A DNA stretch of 64,000 bases from Seison nebaliae (lineage: Eukaryota): NCBI GenBank assembly GCA_023231475.1, contig JALJEE010000366.1, forward strand, positions 1 through 64,000, given 5' to 3'. The position numbers and the translations under genes were made by a program. Below the pieces are notes generated by a model that had not been told where the DNA came from, did not search any database, and was given only the letters and a program-made list of their open reading frames with translations. Shown piece after piece: positions 62,198 to 64,000 of the stretch. The number at the start of each line of letters is the position of its first letter. The first letter of the stretch is position 1.

Positions 62198-64000
62198 TGA
62201 TGATAATAATGTTGATAATGTTGATATAAATAATCTCATTCTACGACAACATTATTCAATCGCTTCTAATCTTTTTTGGAATTCTACTCATCTTAATCGA
62301 CAACAACAACAACAACAACAATCATCATTAGCAGATAATCAATTGGATTCTTCATCTTTATTTTCAATCGATTTCCTCCAACAACAAATGATCGATATCG
62401 ATCAATATGATTGTCATTTTAATCAATTATTGAATGGGAATTCTGATGGAGAAGATGAAGAGAATTCATTAAAATTTCTCTTAAATGTCTTATTGCCCGA
62501 ATTGTGTCGTATGTTCGACATATCTCAATCATTTCAAAAGAAGAATAAAGAAGTGAATCAAGAGAAACTTCTTATAATTGATTTGTGTGAAGAATTGGAT
62601 AAGAAAGCGAATGATATTCAGAAAAATATCATTTCATTAAAAGATCAAATTGGATTAGTCGGAAATAATTATGAAATGTTTCAGAATCGTCTCGTCGCTC
62701 TCACTCAATGGACGAGAGATATAGAATTGGAATTTCAATCAATTATCGATGAACATCAATTAATGAAATTATCTCAACATATCGATGAAATGAATGACAC
62801 GAATAAATTATATCAAATCATTGATCAATTGTCAAATGTTCGACGGCAAATTTATGATCGAGGTGTCGTTTTGGAATGTCTCCGAACCGAATTCACTGAC
62901 GCTCAACAAAGACTCGTAGAAACGAAAGAACAATTAGTGATTGATGAACAAATTCAAAAATTATTGAATAATCGAAAAGATCAAAACTCTTCAAACATTG
63001 AACATTCGAATGATGAGAAGATGGATCAGGATGATGAAATTTATTTCCTCAATGAAGATATTCAAAGAGATTTGGAGATGTTAAATGAGAGATGGAATAT
63101 TCTTATTGAACAATTGCAAATTTATTCCGATCTATTTAATCAACGACTTCTTCCATCCACCGATATCGCCACAACGGAGAACAACGAGAAACTTGAAGGA
63201 ATAGAAGGGAATGACGATAAATTGAATGAAATAGATAATGAGAAGATTCGTCAACAAATCGAATTGAAAGAACGATTAGTGACAAAAGAGCCGAAGATAA
63301 TTAACGTTAATAAAGAAACCGTTGACTTATGGAAAAAAACATCGATTCATTATTTAGAGAATTTTAAAAAATCAGAAGATAATTATATGAAATTATTTAA
63401 TCAATTCTATAGAGATATTTCTGATGATTATAAATTGGTAGGGAAAGAATTGATTAAAATCGATAATCGATCACTTCATTTACAATCATTATATGGTTTC
63501 CCAATTCAAGAGATTGAAGAGAATGGAGTTAACATACAGTTCGCTTATAATATTCATTCATTGAATAAATTGAAGATATTATCAGCTGAAGCGAATGTGT
63601 TAAGAAGTGACATCTCATCATATGATGGATCAATTGAATCGTTGAAGAATATTAAGATGAATTTATCTCCCGATGTATCAGATGATGAATTGAATGAAAT
63701 GATTGACAAGTTTGTGAAACGATATAATTTCATTTCCATCAATTCGAAATATCTTCATGAAAATATAGATGAATCATTATCGACGATTACCGTTAAAATT
63801 AATGAAATTAAAGATGCCATCATCTGGTTGAATGAACAAGAATTACAATTATTTAATCGTTCATCAAAGAAGATGTTGGTGAATTTGACAAATAATTCTC
63901 AATTGTCAATGATGAAATATGCGAAAGAACAATTGACATCATTTATGAATAAGACGAATCAATTCTCTCACAGTCAAGTCGTATTCGATGAATTAATAAA
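52872..64000 (+). CDS. Plakin/spectraplakin (dystonin/plectin/MACF1/Shot family), 3'-truncated by the window, apparently a single exon
   Basis: CH1 ERDAIQRKTFTKWINKHL...[25 protein letters not shown] (~54860-55190), CH2 ALLDWA..DFARSWRNGQAFLAILHR..LLDPEDVD (~55590-55910), plakin ERDW, HP..I...W and SH3-like KWLVQIESGQ, then helical repeats. No stop was seen in frame, consistent with its absence from the ORF track. Confidence 0.9.

Noticed and set aside
1..64000. CRISPR arrays, rRNA/tRNA genes, prokaryotic operons, alternative genetic code
   Set aside because: None seen. The DNA is spliceosomal-intron-rich eukaryotic sequence, and conserved proteins translate with the standard code.

Overview
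AT-rich, gene-dense animal (invertebrate) nuclear DNA; the species cannot be determined from the sequence alone. From left to right the window holds: the 3' part of a frameshifted Ty3/Gypsy LTR retrotransposon with its PPT and 3' LTR; NUP58; an orphan type II membrane protein with three repeated modules and an (ESAEG)n acidic insert; FAF2; MRPL12; SNIP1; atlastin; two orphan secreted proteins (one ShK-like); an island with two divergent intronless USP-type deubiquitinase genes flanking MULE and hAT transposase remnants; ribokinase; UQCC4/CCSMST1; a GATA factor; NME7; an FN2+CCP secreted protein; an orphan type I membrane protein; a T-box factor; a possible tetraspan gene; and an uninterrupted >11 kb plakin/spectraplakin ORF that runs off the right end and is missing from the ORF track. 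The most striking signals are (1) short introns, mostly 45-65 nt, that nearly all begin GTT rather than GTRAG, (2) the transposon-associated pair of highly divergent USP-like genes, and (3) a candidate internal exon in atlastin that would give a GTPase-less isoform. All exon structures were deduced by hand from reading-frame continuity and recalled protein motifs; no searches were run.
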